Shown here: piece by piece, positions 1 to 8,243 of the stretch
Position numbering within the stretch: position 1 is the first letter of the stretch
Layout: each line of letters starts with the position of its first letter
DNA from: Turicibacter sp. TJ11
Lineage (GTDB): Bacteria > Bacillota_I > Bacilli_A > MOL361 > Turicibacteraceae
Length of the DNA: 32,000 bases
Direction: 5' to 3'
Assembly: GCF_021497505.1 (NCBI RefSeq)
Contig: NZ_CP069349.1
Location: 179,861-211,860 of the forward strand
The notes under the pieces: generated by a model
Database searches by the model: none
What the model was told of the DNA's origin: nothing
The model's input: the letters and a program-made list of their open reading frames with translations, nothing else
Program-made: the position numbers and the translations under genes

Positions 1-345
1 GAATCAAATCAAAAACAATCAGTCACAACTATTTCAAAAGTTTCACAAGATGCTAAAGAGATCGTGTTTGATTTAGTCACTAACGAAAGTGAAGCCGCAT
101 TAAAGCTTGATTTTATAGCACCTTGTTGGTTAAGTGTGACATTAGATGGACAAAGTTTGATTGCAGGAGAGACTTATCAAGCAGGTGGAGTATTTGAGCA
201 AACGATCACAAGTGATCAGTTTGGGACATTAGATTTTAATGTTGGCGATGCCACAGCTATTAAAATTACAGTGAATGATGAGGATGTTGAATTTGAACCA
301 ACAACTCCACATCAATATATCAAAATTAATATTAAAACTGAGTAG
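1..345 (+). CDS. C-terminal part of a RodZ/YmfM-like protein (DUF4115-type C-terminal domain), truncated by window start
   Basis: Frame open from base 1 (ESNQKQSVTTISKVSQDAKEIVFDLV...PCWLSVTLDGQSLIAGETYQAGG...), immediately upstream of pgsA as in Bacillus ymfM-pgsA. The track start at 64 is only an internal GTG. Confidence 0.65.
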   Translation, partial: ESNQKQSVTTISKVSQDAKEIVFDLVTNESEAALKLDFIAPCWLSVTLDGQSLIAGETYQAGGVFEQTITSDQFGTLDFNVGDATAIKITVNDEDVEFEPTTPHQYIKINIKTE

Positions 346-355
346 GTGAGAGAAA

Positions 356-937
356 ATGAACTTAGCAAATAAGCTAACTTTATTACGTATTATTTTAATT
401 CCATTTTTTATTGTTTGTTTTTATATTCCTAACTTAATGATGAATACAGTATCGGTTAATAGTTACTTAATTCCTTATGCCAATCTTTTAGGATTAGTTA
501 TTTTTTTACTAGCTGCAATTACTGACTTCATTGATGGATACATCGCTCGTAAATATAACTTAATCACTGATTTCGGAAAATTTATGGATCCATTAGCGGA
601 TAAATTATTAGTAACAGCTGCGTTATTAATTTTACTTGAGAATGGTTTAATTTCTGCTTGGGTGGTATTCGTTATTTTAGCTCGTGAATTTATTGTGACA
701 GGATTTAGAACGATTGCAGCTGCGAAAGGTGTTGTCATTGCAGCGGGATGGCTGGGTAAAATTAAAACAGTTGTGCAATTTATTATGATATCGACTTTAT
801 TATTATTAAATTATCCATTTGAGTTATTTAATTGGCCGGTTGATCGAGTATTTGTTGCCTTAGCCGTTGTTTTAACGGTAGCTTCAGGTGTTGAATATAT
901 TTATAAAAATATGAATATTTTTGATGGTGCCAAATAA
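356..937 (+). CDS. pgsA: CDP-diacylglycerol--glycerol-3-phosphate 3-phosphatidyltransferase
   Basis: CDP-alcohol phosphatidyltransferase motif D(x2)DG(x2)AR(x8)G(x3)D(x3)D seen as TDFIDGYIARKYNLITDFGKFMDPLADK; multi-TM; upstream of recA. Confidence 0.95.
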   Translation: MNLANKLTLLRIILIPFFIVCFYIPNLMMNTVSVNSYLIPYANLLGLVIFLLAAITDFIDGYIARKYNLITDFGKFMDPLADKLLVTAALLILLENGLISAWVVFVILAREFIVTGFRTIAAAKGVVIAAGWLGKIKTVVQFIMISTLLLLNYPFELFNWPVDRVFVALAVVLTVASGVEYIYKNMNIFDGAK

Positions 938-966
938 AAAAGCGAAAATTTGTTCGCTTTTTTATT
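936..966 (+). terminator. Rho-independent terminator of pgsA; the stem contains a LexA-box-like sequence
   Basis: aaaaaGCGAAaatttgTTCGCttttttatt. Confidence 0.8.
943..956 (+). promoter_or_regulatory. candidate LexA box (CGAAAATTTGTTCG) upstream of recA
   Basis: One mismatch to the Gram-positive LexA pattern CGAACNNNNGTTCG; 8 bp upstream of a candidate -35. Confidence 0.4.
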
Positions 967-993
967 GCTTTTAAATAAAATATCGTTTATTAT
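965..993 (+). promoter_or_regulatory. candidate sigma-A promoter for recA
   Basis: TTGCTT (965-970) - 17 nt - TATTAT (988-993). Confidence 0.5.
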
Positions 994-1072
994 TAAAATT
1001 AATTCGAGGAAATTGACGATAAAATGGGTATGTTAATGTTAGATAAATATATGAAATTGGAGGATAAACAAT

Positions 1073-2098
1073 ATGAGTAACAATCGTGAAGCCGCTTTAA
1101 TGCAAGCTTTAAAAAGTATTGAAAAGCAATACGGTAAAGGTTCAGTTATGAAACTAGGTGAAAAAACAGATACACGTATTGAAGTCGTTTCATCTGGATC
1201 ATTAGCGTTAGATGCCGCACTAGGTGTAGGTGGTTATCCACGTGGACGTGTCATCGAAATCTACGGACCAGAAAGTTCAGGGAAAACAACATTTGCCTTA
1301 CACGCGATTGCCGAAGTACAAAAAGCGGGTGGAACAGCAGCGTTTATTGATGCAGAACATGCCTTAGATCCTGCTTATGCTGCTAAACTAGGTGTTGATA
1401 CGGATGAATTGTTAGTTTCACAACCTGATACAGGTGAGCAAGCGCTTGAAATTGCTGAGGCTTTAGTTCGAAGTGGAGCTATTGATATTTTAGTTGTCGA
1501 TTCAGTTGCTGCACTTGTTCCACGTGCTGAAATTGAAGGTGAGATGGGTGACTCACACGTTGGGTTACAAGCCCGCTTAATGTCACAAGCGTTACGTAAA
1601 TTATCAGGTGCTATTAATACAACAAAGACGATTGCGATCTTTATTAACCAAGTTCGTGAAAAAGTTGGGGTTATGTTTGGAAATCCTGAAGTCACACCAG
1701 GTGGACGTGCGTTAAAATTCTATTCAACAATTCGTCTTGAAGTTCGTCGTGGAGAAACGATTAAATTAGGAACAGATATTGTAGGGAATGTGGCGAAAAT
1801 TAAAGTTGTTAAGAATAAAGTTGCCCCACCATTTAAAGCAGTTGAAGTAGATGTGATGTATGGTGAGGGTGTTTCAAAACAAGGTGAGATTTTAGACCTT
1901 GCGGTTGAACACAATATCATTGAAAAAAGTGGATCTTGGTATTCATATAACGGTGAGAAAATGGGACAAGGTCGCGAAAATGCGAAATTGTTCTTAAAAG
2001 AAAATCCATTTATTATGGAAGAAATTGCTGATTTAATTCGTGCTGAATTAAACATCTCTACAACAGAACATGAACCAATGATGTTAGAAGAAGAATAA
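1073..2098 (+). CDS. recA: recombinase RecA
   Basis: Walker [10 protein letters not shown], full-length RecA sequence; SD ggagg upstream. Confidence 0.99.
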   Translation: MSNNREAALMQALKSIEKQYGKGSVMKLGEKTDTRIEVVSSGSLALDAALGVGGYPRGRVIEIYGPESSGKTTFALHAIAEVQKAGGTAAFIDAEHALDPAYAAKLGVDTDELLVSQPDTGEQALEIAEALVRSGAIDILVVDSVAALVPRAEIEGEMGDSHVGLQARLMSQALRKLSGAINTTKTIAIFINQVREKVGVMFGNPEVTPGGRALKFYSTIRLEVRRGETIKLGTDIVGNVAKIKVVKNKVAPPFKAVEVDVMYGEGVSKQGEILDLAVEHNIIEKSGSWYSYNGEKMGQGRENAKLFLKENPFIMEEIADLIRAELNISTTEHEPMMLEEE

Positions 2099-2101
2099 AA
2101 G

Positions 2102-2134
2102 AGTGTCTCAGGTAAAACTGAGACACTTTTTTTT
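2102..2134 (+). terminator. Rho-independent terminator of recA
   Basis: AGTGTCTCAG gtaaaa CTGAGACACT + T7. Confidence 0.95.
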
Positions 2135-2151
2135 AGATTGTAGTGGAATTC

Positions 2152-2180
2152 TTGACATGTTATTACAATAATATTAAAAT
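2152..2180 (+). promoter_or_regulatory. sigma-A promoter for rny
   Basis: TTGACA (2152-2157) - 17 nt - TAAAAT (2175-2180). Confidence 0.75.
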
Positions 2181-2283
2181 AAAGAATGTAGTATTATATC
2201 ATAATACTAATTATCTTCAAACTATAGAACCGTTAATAGATCTATGGCGGATAATTGTATATCAAATAATTGGAGGTGGACGT

Positions 2284-3840
2284 GTGTTATTAGAAATCAT
2301 CATCTCCATTTTGCTAGTAGGGATAGGGTTAGTTATTGGGTATTTTATGAGAATGAAAGTGTATGAAGCTGAGTTAGAGAGAGCGCAACAAACAGCAACA
2401 CATATAATCTCAAAAGCTGAAAAAGAAGCTGAATCGAAAAAGAAAGAAGCACTTTTAGAAACGAAAGAAGAAGTCCAAAGACTTAAAGTTGATGCAGAAC
2501 GTGACATTAAGGAAAAAAAGACAGAACTTGTACGTTTAGAAGAGCGTCTAGTACAACGTGAAGAGACGATCGATCGTCGTATTTTAAACCTAGAGAAGCG
2601 CGAAATTGCTCTTGAGAAAAAAGATGAAGCTATCGCCGAAAAACAACTCGAACTAAAAGAACTTGAAAGCAAAGTGGAAGAAACTTTAGAAGGACAACGA
2701 CAAAAATTAGTTGAAATTTCTGGATTAACAACAGAAGAAGCTCGTGATATTATTTTTAGACGAGTTGAGGATGAAATGTCTCATGAAGTGGCTAAGTACA
2801 TTAAGGAAGAAGAAGAAAAAGCACGCTTAGAAGCAGATAAAAAAGCAAAAGAATTAATTGTCTTAGCTATTCAAAAATATGCATCGGAGCAAACAAGTGA
2901 TTACAGTGTCAATGTAGTCAACTTACCAAGTGATGAAATGAAAGGACGTATTATTGGTCGTGAAGGGCGTAACATTCGTACGATTGAATCGTTAACGGGG
3001 GTTGATTTAATCATTGATGATACACCTGAAGCTGTCGTTTTATCGTGCTTTGATCCAATCAGACGTGAAGTAGCACGTATTACTCTTGAAACGTTAGTGC
3101 AGGATGGTCGAATTCATCCAGCGCGTATTGAGGAAATTGTAGAAAAAACACGCCGTGAAGTTGATTTACGTGTTCGAGAATATGGTGAAAATGCTGTATT
3201 TGAAGTAGGAATTGGAAAAGTACATCCAGACTTAATGAAAATTTTAGGGCGTTTAAATTATCGAACAAGTTATGGTCAAAATGTATTAAGACATTCGATG
3301 GAAGTTGCTTTCCTATCTGGAATTATCGCGGCAGAACTCGGAGAAGATGTGAAGTTAGCTAAACGTGCTGGGCTTTTACATGACATCGGAAAAGCTGTCG
3401 ACCATGAAGTGGAAGGAAGCCACGTAGAAATTGGAATTGAGTTAGCGACACGTTATCGTGAGCATCCAGTCGTTATTGATGGAATTGCTTCACACCATGG
3501 TGATCGTGAACCACAAAGTTTAATCGCTGTTATTGTTGCTGCTGCCGATACCCTTTCAGCAGCAAGACCAGGTGCACGTAGTGAATCATTAGAAAACTAT
3601 GTCAAACGTTTAGAGCAATTAGAAAATATTGCTTGTCGATTTGAAGGGGTTGAAAAAGCCTTTGCTATCCAAGCAGGACGTGAAGTTCGTGTAGCAGTTA
3701 TTCCTGAACAACTTGATGATGTTCAAGCTCATCGCGTGGCACGTGAAATTCGCCAAACGATTGAAAATGAACTTGAGTATCCAGGAAATATTAAAATCAC
3801 AGTCATTCGTGAAACTCGTGCGGTAGAAACGGCACGCTAA
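2284..3840 (+). CDS. rny: ribonuclease Y
   Basis: N-terminal TM, long coiled coil, KH domain ([15 protein letters not shown]), HD domain. GTG start at 2284 preceded by ggaggtgg; the track start 2143 lies upstream of the promoter, so its first 47 codons are probably not translated. Confidence 0.95.
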   Translation: MLLEIIISILLVGIGLVIGYFMRMKVYEAELERAQQTATHIISKAEKEAESKKKEALLETKEEVQRLKVDAERDIKEKKTELVRLEERLVQREETIDRRILNLEKREIALEKKDEAIAEKQLELKELESKVEETLEGQRQKLVEISGLTTEEARDIIFRRVEDEMSHEVAKYIKEEEEKARLEADKKAKELIVLAIQKYASEQTSDYSVNVVNLPSDEMKGRIIGREGRNIRTIESLTGVDLIIDDTPEAVVLSCFDPIRREVARITLETLVQDGRIHPARIEEIVEKTRREVDLRVREYGENAVFEVGIGKVHPDLMKILGRLNYRTSYGQNVLRHSMEVAFLSGIIAAELGEDVKLAKRAGLLHDIGKAVDHEVEGSHVEIGIELATRYREHPVVIDGIASHHGDREPQSLIAVIVAAADTLSAARPGARSESLENYVKRLEQLENIACRFEGVEKAFAIQAGREVRVAVIPEQLDDVQAHRVAREIRQTIENELEYPGNIKITVIRETRAVETAR

Positions 3841-3864
3841 AATATTCAATTCAATTAATGGATT

Positions 3865-3903
3865 AAAGAGCTATTAATGTGTTGACATTAATAGCTCTTT
3901 AAT
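3865..3903 (+). terminator. Rho-independent terminator after rny
   Basis: AAAGAGCTATTAATG tgttga CATTAATAGCTCTTT. Confidence 0.85.
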
Positions 3904-3957
3904 ATGTATACTAAATTTATAAAACTTATTAAAGGAACGACTAGAAAGGCTGATAGA

Positions 3958-4749
3958 ATGAAAATTTTATTTATAGGAGATATTTACGGATCGCTAGGAC
4001 GTGAAATCATTCAAGAGCAATTACCTAAAATAAAAGAAACTTATAAACCACACTTTATTATTGCAAATGGAGAAAATATTTCTCATGGAAAAGGAATTAA
4101 TGAAAAATATTATAAGTTTTTATTAGAACAAGGAGTTAATGTGGTGACACTAGGGAATCACACGTGGGATAATCGCTCAATCTTTGATTTTATTGATGAG
4201 ACAGATAAGTTAGTTCGTCCGGCTAATTTCCCAACATCTAATCCAGGGAAAGGATTAACTTTTGTCAAATTTAACTCATATGAAGTGGCTGTCATTTCGA
4301 TACAAGGACGTACGTTTATGCCAATGATTAATTGTCCATTTGAAAAAATAGATGAATTAGTTGAGGAAGCTAAAAAACGTACTAATATTATTTTTGTAGA
4401 TTTTCATGCTGAGGCAACAAGTGAAAAAATCGCAATGGGTTATTTCTTAGATGGACGAGTAAGTGCAGTCGTTGGAACACATACTCACGTTCCAACAGCA
4501 GATGAACGTGTTTTAGCTAAAGGGACAGCATATATTACAGATGTTGGAATGACAGGTCCATTAGATGGTGTTATTGGAGTTGAACGTGAAAACGTGATTA
4601 ATAAATTTATAACAGGATTACCGATACGTTTTAATGCATTAGAACAAGGATCAGCACAATTAAATGCCGTTTTAGTTGATGTTAATGAAAAGACAGGAAA
4701 AGCCTCTTCAATTCAACGCATTAATTTGAAGAAAGAATCAACTTTATAA
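3958..4749 (+). CDS. ymdB: YmdB-family metallophosphoesterase / 2',3'-cyclic phosphodiesterase
   Basis: MKILFIGDIYGSLGRE..., GNHTWDN, VGTHTHVPTAD; follows rny as in Bacillus. Start refined to the internal ATG at 3958 (264-aa total). Confidence 0.92.
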   Translation: MKILFIGDIYGSLGREIIQEQLPKIKETYKPHFIIANGENISHGKGINEKYYKFLLEQGVNVVTLGNHTWDNRSIFDFIDETDKLVRPANFPTSNPGKGLTFVKFNSYEVAVISIQGRTFMPMINCPFEKIDELVEEAKKRTNIIFVDFHAEATSEKIAMGYFLDGRVSAVVGTHTHVPTADERVLAKGTAYITDVGMTGPLDGVIGVERENVINKFITGLPIRFNALEQGSAQLNAVLVDVNEKTGKASSIQRINLKKESTL

Positions 4750-4817
4750 AATTTAGTCATGTATTAGGATGGGGGAGCATAGACTTACTATGTAAAACAC
4801 AAAAGAGGGGGACTAGT

Positions 4818-5081
4818 ATGGAAGTATTAAAAGTATCATCAAAATCTAATCCTAATTCAGTTGCAGGTGCTTTAGCGAATGCATTTCGTGAAAGAGGACT
4901 TGTAGAGATTCAGGCAATTGGAGCAGGAGCATTAAATCAAGCAGTGAAAGCTATCGCCATTGCTAGAGGATATGTGGCACCAACAGGGAAAGATTTAATT
5001 TGTATTCCGGCGTTTACCGATATTTTAATTGATGGTGAAGAGCGTACGGCAATCAAGCTTATTGTTGAGTCAAGACAATAG
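4818..5081 (+). CDS. spoVS: stage V sporulation protein S
   Basis: MEVLKVSSKSNPNSVAGALANAFRERG... full-length SpoVS-like. Confidence 0.97.
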   Translation: MEVLKVSSKSNPNSVAGALANAFRERGLVEIQAIGAGALNQAVKAIAIARGYVAPTGKDLICIPAFTDILIDGEERTAIKLIVESRQ

Positions 5082-5095
5082 TTTTTTAATAAGAA

Positions 5096-5128
5096 AAGGC
5101 TAGTGCTTAGTTAGGCACTAGCTTTTTT
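5096..5128 (+). terminator. Rho-independent terminator after spoVS
   Basis: GCTAGTGC ttagttag GCACTAGC TTTTTT. Confidence 0.9.
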
Positions 5129-5175
5129 AATCAAATCCTTTTAACTCCATAGTCTTGAAGTGAGATGGACATGAG

Positions 5176-5205
5176 TTGATTATTCTATATAATCTAATGT
5201 ATAAT
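5176..5205 (+). promoter_or_regulatory. candidate sigma-A promoter for miaB
   Basis: TTGATT - 18 nt - TATAAT. Confidence 0.5.
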
Positions 5206-5279
5206 AGAGCAAGTGACTCGTGTTTTGTCACATAGAGAATGTAGTTGATAATTAAAGCTTTAAGATATAGGTGATAAGG

Positions 5280-6788
5280 ATGAATGAACAACAAAAAGAA
5301 TTAACAATGCAAGCTAATCAGCCAAAAGCTGAAAAAGATTATAGTCGCTATTTCCAACGTCCAAGTATTAATAGTGCACGTAAACGTAGCCGTGAGCAAG
5401 CGAACGTTCACCGTGATTTTGCGATTGAAGATTCAATTAAAAACATTGGAAAAGGTAAAAAATATTTAATCCAAACTTATGGTTGCCAAATGAATGAACA
5501 TGATTCAGAAGCTATTATTGGGATTGCGGAAGAGTTAGGTTATACAAAAGCAACTTCACACGAGGAAGCAGATTTAATTATTTTAAATACATGTGCAATT
5601 CGTGAGAATGCCGAAAATCGTGTTTTTGGTGAATTAGGTCGATTAAAGAGTTTAAAACGTACGAACCCTGACTTAATCTTAGGGGTATGTGGTTGTATGT
5701 CACAAGAAGAAAAAGTAGTTAATCAAATTATGGAGAAATATCAACATGTTGATTTAGTCTTTGGTACACATAATATTTATCGCTTACCAGAATATATTCA
5801 TAATGCATTAATGGGGAAAGAACGTGTAATTGAAGTATGGTCTCAAGAAGGTGAGATCGTTGAAAACATGCCTCGTACACGTCAAGGAAGTATTAAAGCA
5901 TGGGTTAATATTATGTATGGATGCGATGAGTTCTGTACATACTGTATTGTACCGTATACACGCGGAAAAGAGCGTAGCCGTATGCCAGAAGATATTATTG
6001 CAGAAATTAAGCATTTAGCAGCTGAAGGATATCAAGAGGTTACGTTATTAGGACAAAACGTTAATGCATACGGAAAAGATTTTAAAGATCGTGAGTACAC
6101 ATTCGGTGATTTATTAGACGATTTACATAAAATTGATATTCCTCGTATTCGTTTTACGACATCACACCCACGTGATTTTGATGAAAAAACAATTCAAGCA
6201 TTAGCAAAACGTGGAAACTTAATGGAGCACATTCATTTACCAGTTCAATCTGGAAATAATGACGTATTAAAGCGTATGAATCGTAAATATACACGTGAAA
6301 TGTATTTACAATTAGTTCGTGATCTTAAAGAAGCGATTCCAGGGGTATCTATTACAACAGATATTATTGTTGGATTCCCAGGTGAAACAGAAGAGCAATT
6401 CCAAGATACATTATCATTAGTAGAAGAGGTTGGATACGAAGGAGCCTTCACATTCATCTTCTCACCACGTGAAGGAACACCAGCTGCACGTATGGAAGAC
6501 AATGTACCAGAAGCAGATAAAAAAGATCGTTTAAATCGTTTAAATGAAGCAATTAATCGAGGGTTCCGCAACGGAAATAAACGTTTTGAAGGAACAGTCG
6601 TCGATGTATTAGTTGAAGGAACAAGTAAAAACGATGATACGATGTTAGCTGGATATACACGCCATAACAAATTAGTTAACTTTAAAGGCGATGAAACGAA
6701 AATTGGGCAAATCGTTAAAGTTAAAATCACCGAAGCTAAAACATGGCATTTAGCTGGAGAGATGGTTAACGATGAACAAACAAACTAA
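5280..6788 (+). CDS. miaB: tRNA-2-methylthio-N6-dimethylallyladenosine synthase MiaB
   Basis: Radical SAM CxxxCxxC (CDEFCTYC), UPF0004 domain with [15 protein letters not shown] domain. ATG 5280 with AGGTGA SD; the track start is a GTG inside the SD region. Confidence 0.97.
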   Translation: MNEQQKELTMQANQPKAEKDYSRYFQRPSINSARKRSREQANVHRDFAIEDSIKNIGKGKKYLIQTYGCQMNEHDSEAIIGIAEELGYTKATSHEEADLIILNTCAIRENAENRVFGELGRLKSLKRTNPDLILGVCGCMSQEEKVVNQIMEKYQHVDLVFGTHNIYRLPEYIHNALMGKERVIEVWSQEGEIVENMPRTRQGSIKAWVNIMYGCDEFCTYCIVPYTRGKERSRMPEDIIAEIKHLAAEGYQEVTLLGQNVNAYGKDFKDREYTFGDLLDDLHKIDIPRIRFTTSHPRDFDEKTIQALAKRGNLMEHIHLPVQSGNNDVLKRMNRKYTREMYLQLVRDLKEAIPGVSITTDIIVGFPGETEEQFQDTLSLVEEVGYEGAFTFIFSPREGTPAARMEDNVPEADKKDRLNRLNEAINRGFRNGNKRFEGTVVDVLVEGTSKNDDTMLAGYTRHNKLVNFKGDETKIGQIVKVKITEAKTWHLAGEMVNDEQTN

Positions 6789-7122
6789 TTTACCTTCTTT
6801 TGAAAAGTTAAAAGAGAAACTATCAACGGATCCTGTTTTAGAGCGTTATCGTCAGCTAACCCAAAAGGTTCATCAAAATGATAAACTTTTGGGATTATAC
6901 GATGACTATATTCAAAAGCAAAAAGAGTTGATTAAACTAGAGTACTATGGAAAAACGAATGCTTCTTCACAAAAAGAGGCTGAGTTAAAAGCTATTGAAG
7001 CCAAGCTTTATGATAATCCACTGTTTAATGAATATATTCAAACTCAAATTGAGTTAAATGAACTCTTTTTAACTATGACTCATATCATACAATATAAGGT
7101 TAATAAACATCTTAGTGAATAG
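6772..7122 (+). CDS. ricA: RicA (YmcA/YlbF-family) regulatory protein
   Basis: YlbF/YmcA-type helical sequence, directly downstream of miaB and upstream of cotE as in Bacillus; 17-nt overlap with miaB. Confidence 0.8.
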   Translation: MNKQTNLPSFEKLKEKLSTDPVLERYRQLTQKVHQNDKLLGLYDDYIQKQKELIKLEYYGKTNASSQKEAELKAIEAKLYDNPLFNEYIQTQIELNELFLTMTHIIQYKVNKHLSE

Positions 7123-7136
7123 CTAAGATGTTTTTT
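7105..7136 (+). terminator. Terminator overlapping the ricA stop codon
   Basis: AAACATCTTAG tgaatag CTAAGATGTTT TTT; stop TAG lies in the loop. Confidence 0.85.
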
Positions 7137-7288
7137 AATTTTACATAATGAGACATGAATGGGTGATGGATGTCGGAGAGCTTCACGAGAAGGTAGGATT
7201 TTTTTCTCGAATGAAATCTCATAAAGTCATTTAATTAAGTATCAAATAGGTCAAGAGCTGAATATAGTATCAGTGAGGAGGTATTAGG

Positions 7289-7834
7289 ATGAATGATATT
7301 CGTGAAATTGTAACTAAAGCTGTAATTGGAAAAGGTAAAAAAAGATTTAAAATCACATCGCCTCTTAATGATTTGAGAAGTCCAGCAGATAGTATTTTAG
7401 GTTGCTGGATTATTAATCATAAATTCGGAGCAAGAAAATGTGATAATTCTGTTGCTGTAAAAGGTGTTTATGACATTAACGTTTGGTATTCATTTGCTGA
7501 CAATACGCAAACAGAAGTAGCTCGTCAAACAATTGAATATGATGACCAAGTTAATGTTCATCGTACAATTCGTGATTGCCTATACGAAGGTGATGAAGTG
7601 ATCGCAAGAACAATTCAACAACCAACTTGTGTAGACGCTCGAATTGAAGATGGAGAAATTGTGGTTGAGGTAGAATTTGAAATTGTGGTTGAGGTCATTG
7701 GAGAAACAAAAATGCGCGTTTCAATCTTAGGTCCAGTCGAAAGTGATATGGATAGTGACGACGATGATGAAGATGAAATCGACCAACAAATTAATCCAAA
7801 TTTCTTGAAAAATTCACCTTTTAGAGGAGAATAA
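7289..7834 (+). CDS. cotE: outer spore coat morphogenetic protein CotE
   Basis: REIVTKAVIGKGKK...SILGCWIINHKF...GVYDINVWYSFADNTQTEV...INPNFL, acidic C-terminus; miaB-ymcA-cotE-mutS synteny. Confidence 0.95.
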   Translation: MNDIREIVTKAVIGKGKKRFKITSPLNDLRSPADSILGCWIINHKFGARKCDNSVAVKGVYDINVWYSFADNTQTEVARQTIEYDDQVNVHRTIRDCLYEGDEVIARTIQQPTCVDARIEDGEIVVEVEFEIVVEVIGETKMRVSILGPVESDMDSDDDDEDEIDQQINPNFLKNSPFRGE

Positions 7835-7859
7835 GGCAGTCATGCCTTATTCTTTTTTT
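7831..7859 (+). terminator. Rho-independent terminator after cotE
   Basis: ATAAGGCA gtca TGCCTTAT tcTTTTTTT. Confidence 0.85.
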
Positions 7860-8243
7860 ATGGGCTAAATTTCTCAATGTAGTTTTTCTCATCAGTGAGA
7901 AGACAAATTCAATAACAAGGTAAGAACCTCCCTAGATGATAGGAATAGTTTTTATACATGAAATACTAGGCGGGTGCTGAGACTTAAGTGTTTCTGATTA
8001 AGAGGCTATTTTTATTTCCGGGAAAATAATCGATTAGATATGAATCAGGCTGACATTCTTTAATGTTGGTCATAAAAAGAGTGACACGAAGAAGACATTA
8101 AGTCACAACTAGTCTGATTAAAAAAGGTTAGTTTCGCCTATCATAGAAGAAATTGAAATGTTTGTAATCCATCGCTAGAACCGTTCTTAAATCGACACTT
8201 TATGCTATAATAAAACCATGTAAATAAAAAAGGAGTTTTGATC

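Noticed and set aside
475-3849. Antisense ORFs on the minus strand inside pgsA, recA and rny (475-738, 1375-1695, 1720-2055, 2262-2672, 3080-3268, 3619-3849)
   Set aside because: They lie opposite strongly conserved genes, have low-complexity or biased sequences, and no recognisable domain; consistent with shadow ORFs.
5808-6730. ORFs 5808-6014(-), 5830-6018(+) and 6245-6730(-) within miaB
   Set aside because: Shadow ORFs over conserved MiaB sequence with no family resemblance.
7655-7695. 17-nt direct repeat GAAATTGTGGTTGAGGT (7655-7671 and 7679-7695) in cotE
   Set aside because: It encodes EIVVEV twice but aligns residue for residue with ordinary CotE length as I recall it, so it looks like codon-level coincidence rather than a duplication.
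8181-8192. AGAACCGTTCTT upstream of mutS as a LexA box
   Set aside because: The GAAC and GTTC halves are 1 nt apart instead of 4, so it does not fit the LexA dyad.
8187-8212. ATCGACA near the mutS promoter and TGTCGAT upstream of yqfC (about 24785) as Spo0A boxes
   Set aside because: Only 6 of 7 core matches and no supportive flanks; too common by chance in this base composition.
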